From positions 1 to 18,119 of the forward strand of contig JBHHVU010000061.1 of NCBI GenBank assembly GCA_046754465.1: a stretch of DNA of 18,119 nt, read 5' to 3'. The first letter of the stretch is position 1; each line of letters opens with the position of its first letter. Source of the stretch: Nitrospinaceae bacterium. GTDB taxonomy: Bacteria; Nitrospinota; Nitrospinia; Nitrospinales; VA-1. The notes below the pieces were generated by a model. That model was given only the letters and a program-made list of their open reading frames with translations, was not told where the DNA came from and did not search any database. The position numbers and the translations under genes are program-made. Shown here piece by piece: positions 15,922 to 18,119 of this stretch.

Positions 15922-16386
15922 TCAATGGGAGGTTTCCACTTTTTCCGGGCGGGCTTCCCGGGGAAGCAGGTAGTGGCGGGTGTCGTATTCCATGGAGGTC
16001 AAAACAATTTGCCGGGCCACTTTCTGGTCGAGGTTGATCACCAACGGGGCAACGAGGTTGGCGGTCATTTCCAGATAATTCTGGGGAACGGTCACGATAG
16101 CCCGGGTCAGGATCTCGTGGCTGGGATCGTATTCAATCTGTTTCTCCTCCTCCGACGTTAATTTCACCATATAATAGGGGACGTAAAGAAAGGGATCGGT
16201 AATCACGAAAGCCAGACCCGGCGTTTTCAGCGATTGCAGCCATTCCATCGGACTCTCGATGTTGGAATCGAATGGCAGCCGCACGAATTCCTTCTCCTGC
16301 TCGAATCCGTATAGACCCGCGGGGAATTTCAGGATCTCGTCTTCCTGAAGGTGCAGAGTACCAAACCGTGAAGTTTTTAGGATCAT
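15922..16386 (-). CDS. fliW: Flagellar assembly factor / CsrA antagonist FliW, 154 aa
   Basis: TSRFG start, FPAGLYGFE, WLQS, AFVITDPF and TANLVAPLVIN motifs; start overlaps the csrA stop (ATGA). Confidence 0.93.
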   Translation of the reverse strand: MILKTSRFGTLHLQEDEILKFPAGLYGFEQEKEFVRLPFDSNIESPMEWLQSLKTPGLAFVITDPFLYVPYYMVKLTSEEEKQIEYDPSHEILTRAIVTVPQNYLEMTANLVAPLVINLDQKVARQIVLTSMEYDTRHYLLPREARPEKVETSH

Positions 16387-16622
16387 GGGTCCAGATTATT
16401 TTTGACCAATTGCGAAATTTTTCCCAAATCCAGGTCGGTGGGGGTGGCCGCCGAGAGATTTTCCTGCTTGATCCTCAAAAAAACCTCTTCCCGATAGATT
16501 TTGGTTTCCCGGGGGGCTTCGATACCCAGCCGGATATTTTTACCTTTAATATCTATAACGGTAATTTTGACATCTTCATTAATTTTTATGCTTTCACCGA
16601 TTCTTCTCGTGAGGACTAGCAT
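16383..16622 (-). CDS. csrA: Carbon storage regulator CsrA with C-terminal extension, 79 aa
   Basis: MLVLTRRIGESIKI, RLGIEAP and IYREE signature; EN55 extension. Confidence 0.97.
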   Translation of the reverse strand: MLVLTRRIGESIKINEDVKITVIDIKGKNIRLGIEAPRETKIYREEVFLRIKQENLSAATPTDLDLGKISQLVKNNLDP

Positions 16623-16668
16623 GGCGGATTCCGTTCCGATTTCATGTTAAGGACCTCTGAAAGGAGCG

Positions 16669-16677
16669 ATTATAACA
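16669..16677 (-). promoter_or_regulatory. Extended -10 promoter for csrA-fliW
   Basis: Minus strand TG-T-TATAAT (16677-16669), about 46 nt upstream of the csrA start. Confidence 0.6.
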
Positions 16678-16731
16678 GATTCAAGACCTTTTTCTAATTA
16701 ATTGTCGGGCCGGTCCGGGAGGGGGAATCCA

Positions 16732-16760
16732 TTGACAGGGTCGGGGGATTATGCTAATTT
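16732..16760 (+). promoter_or_regulatory. Sigma70 promoter for tRNA-Phe
   Basis: TTGACA (16732-16737), 17 nt spacer, TAATTT (16755-16760) preceded by TG at 16752-16753. Confidence 0.7.
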
Positions 16761-16794
16761 TCGCACTTTCTCAAACCCGGCCAACCCATTTTGT

Positions 16795-16867
<73 letters not shown>

Positions 16868-16916
16868 TGTCTTTTACCATGCCTTCCGAGGAGAATTTTA
16901 GCGCGAGAGGGGGTCA

Positions 16917-17804
16917 ATGGTGCCGCTCAAACCAGTCACGATCCATGTTCGTACCATCAACGATGATCCCAAGGATTTTGATGCGCTGTTTTCTTTCTGG
17001 AATCAGCTAAATGATGATTTTTTGGACGTGACGTTTGATTTTACCCACTGTAATTTTTTGCGGCAAAACGCGGTTGCGTTTTTGGGCGGATTGGCAAGGC
17101 TTGTTCAATACCGCTCCGGAAAGGTAAATTTCCTGTGGAACACGCTGGAAGATGCCATATTAACCAACTTGGCGCAAAACGGTTTTGGTGAGGCTTTCGG
17201 CCTGGATGTCAGTTCCTGGACCGGCAATTCAATTCCCTACCGGCAAGATATTCTTTTCGAGCAAAAAGGTTTGACGGATTATCTCAAATGGAATTGGTTG
17301 GGACGGGGCTGGGTCCATATGAGCGAAAACTTGAGGGACGCTATCACCTGTAAGGTCTTGGAGTGTTACTTGAACGCTTTCGAGCATAGCGGGTCTTCCA
17401 TCGGTGTTTTCAGTTGCGGCCAGCATTATCCCCAATTGAAGGCTCTCAAAATCGCCATAGTGGATTTCGGGATTGGAATCCCGGCAAACGTTCGTAGCTT
17501 TAAAAACAATCCGTTGATAGGCACGGAGCAAGCCCTCGAATGGGCCTTCCAATCGGGGACTACGACCAAACCGAATGGATTGGGAAGGGGGCTGGGCCTG
17601 GATTTGCTTAAACAGTTTGTAAGGGTTAACAAGGGCCGGATGGAAATATTCAGCCATGACGGATACGCGGTATTCGAGGAAAACCGGGAAGAATATTCCC
17701 GGCGCAGTTCATTTTTTGAGGGCACGCTCATCCATATTACGCTAAAATGTGATGAAAAGTATTATTCGCTGGCGTCGGAAACCATGCCGGAATATTACTT
17801 TTAA
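16917..17804 (+). CDS. STAS-like plus GHKL (HATPase, anti-sigma-kinase-like) protein, 295 aa
   Basis: N-terminal VTFDFTHCNFL STAS-like segment; N box ECYLNAFEH, G1 DFGIGI, G2 GTTTK...GRGLGL, G3 EGT; no recognisable H-box/DHp; SD GAGGGG. Confidence 0.85.
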   Translation: MVPLKPVTIHVRTINDDPKDFDALFSFWNQLNDDFLDVTFDFTHCNFLRQNAVAFLGGLARLVQYRSGKVNFLWNTLEDAILTNLAQNGFGEAFGLDVSSWTGNSIPYRQDILFEQKGLTDYLKWNWLGRGWVHMSENLRDAITCKVLECYLNAFEHSGSSIGVFSCGQHYPQLKALKIAIVDFGIGIPANVRSFKNNPLIGTEQALEWAFQSGTTTKPNGLGRGLGLDLLKQFVRVNKGRMEIFSHDGYAVFEENREEYSRRSSFFEGTLIHITLKCDEKYYSLASETMPEYYF

Positions 17805-17819
17805 AAGGGAGGAGAGATT

Positions 17820-18119
17820 ATGACCATCAAGGTTTTTGACATAGTGGGGGAAAACTGCATTACCATGGATGACGGCCAGAAGGTGTATGACCTGGTTTTG
17901 CCCAAATTACAGTCCGGAAACTCCGTAGAGTTGGATTTTTCCGGGTGCCGGATTTTCGTCTCGCTCTTTTTCAACTACGCCATCGGGCATTTGCTCAAGG
18001 ATTTTAGTTCGGAAGACTTGAACCGCTTGTTGAAGATTTCCGGTCTCACTGCCGTGGGGGTTGAAACCCTTCAAGGGGTCATCGAAAACGCGAAACGGTA
18101 TTATTCGATGGATGACGAA
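17820..18119 (+). CDS. STAS-like (DUF4325-type) protein, 3'-truncated by window end
   Basis: Missing from the ORF track; my translation MTIKVFDIVGENCITMDDGQKVYDLVLPKLQSGNSVELDFSGCRIFVSLFFNYAIGHLLKDF...VIENAKRYYSMDDE is open to the window end; SD GGAGGAG; ELDFSG...S48 motif. Confidence 0.85.
   Translation, partial: MTIKVFDIVGENCITMDDGQKVYDLVLPKLQSGNSVELDFSGCRIFVSLFFNYAIGHLLKDFSSEDLNRLLKISGLTAVGVETLQGVIENAKRYYSMDDE

Noticed and set aside
15912..15924. Palindrome TGACCG-G-CGGTCA between convergent genes
   Set aside because: Half of each arm is simply the two facing TGA stop codons; too short and lacks U-tracts for a terminator.

Overview
Gene-dense, moderately high-GC chromosomal segment of a diderm (Gram-negative) bacterium; the lineage cannot be fixed from sequence alone, and a Nitrospinota/deltaproteobacteria-like origin is only a guess. 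Left to right: (1) a YbaK/EbsC-family aminoacyl-tRNA deacylase; (2) a minus-strand operon of lipoprotein, tandem DUF350 membrane protein and membrane-fused polyamine aminopropyltransferase, divergent from (3) a K+ channel/RCK gene followed closely by a YhaO/Mre11-like nuclease and a YhaN/Rad50-like ATPase with a transmembrane hairpin at its coiled-coil apex; (4) a TetR regulator, MMPL/RND transporter, LolA-like protein and outer-membrane barrel, then a secreted protein made of four Cys-pair repeats of about 100 aa; (5) a stand-alone csrA-fliW pair divergent from tRNA-Phe(GAA); (6) directly after the tRNA, an AT-richer STAS-GHKL kinase plus STAS (DUF4325-like) pair running off the window end. 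The most interesting candidates are the four-repeat secreted protein, the membrane-tethered Mre11/Rad50-like pair, the polyamine/DUF350/lipoprotein/K+ channel envelope module and the tRNA-linked kinase-STAS module. All family assignments come from motif recognition, not database searches.
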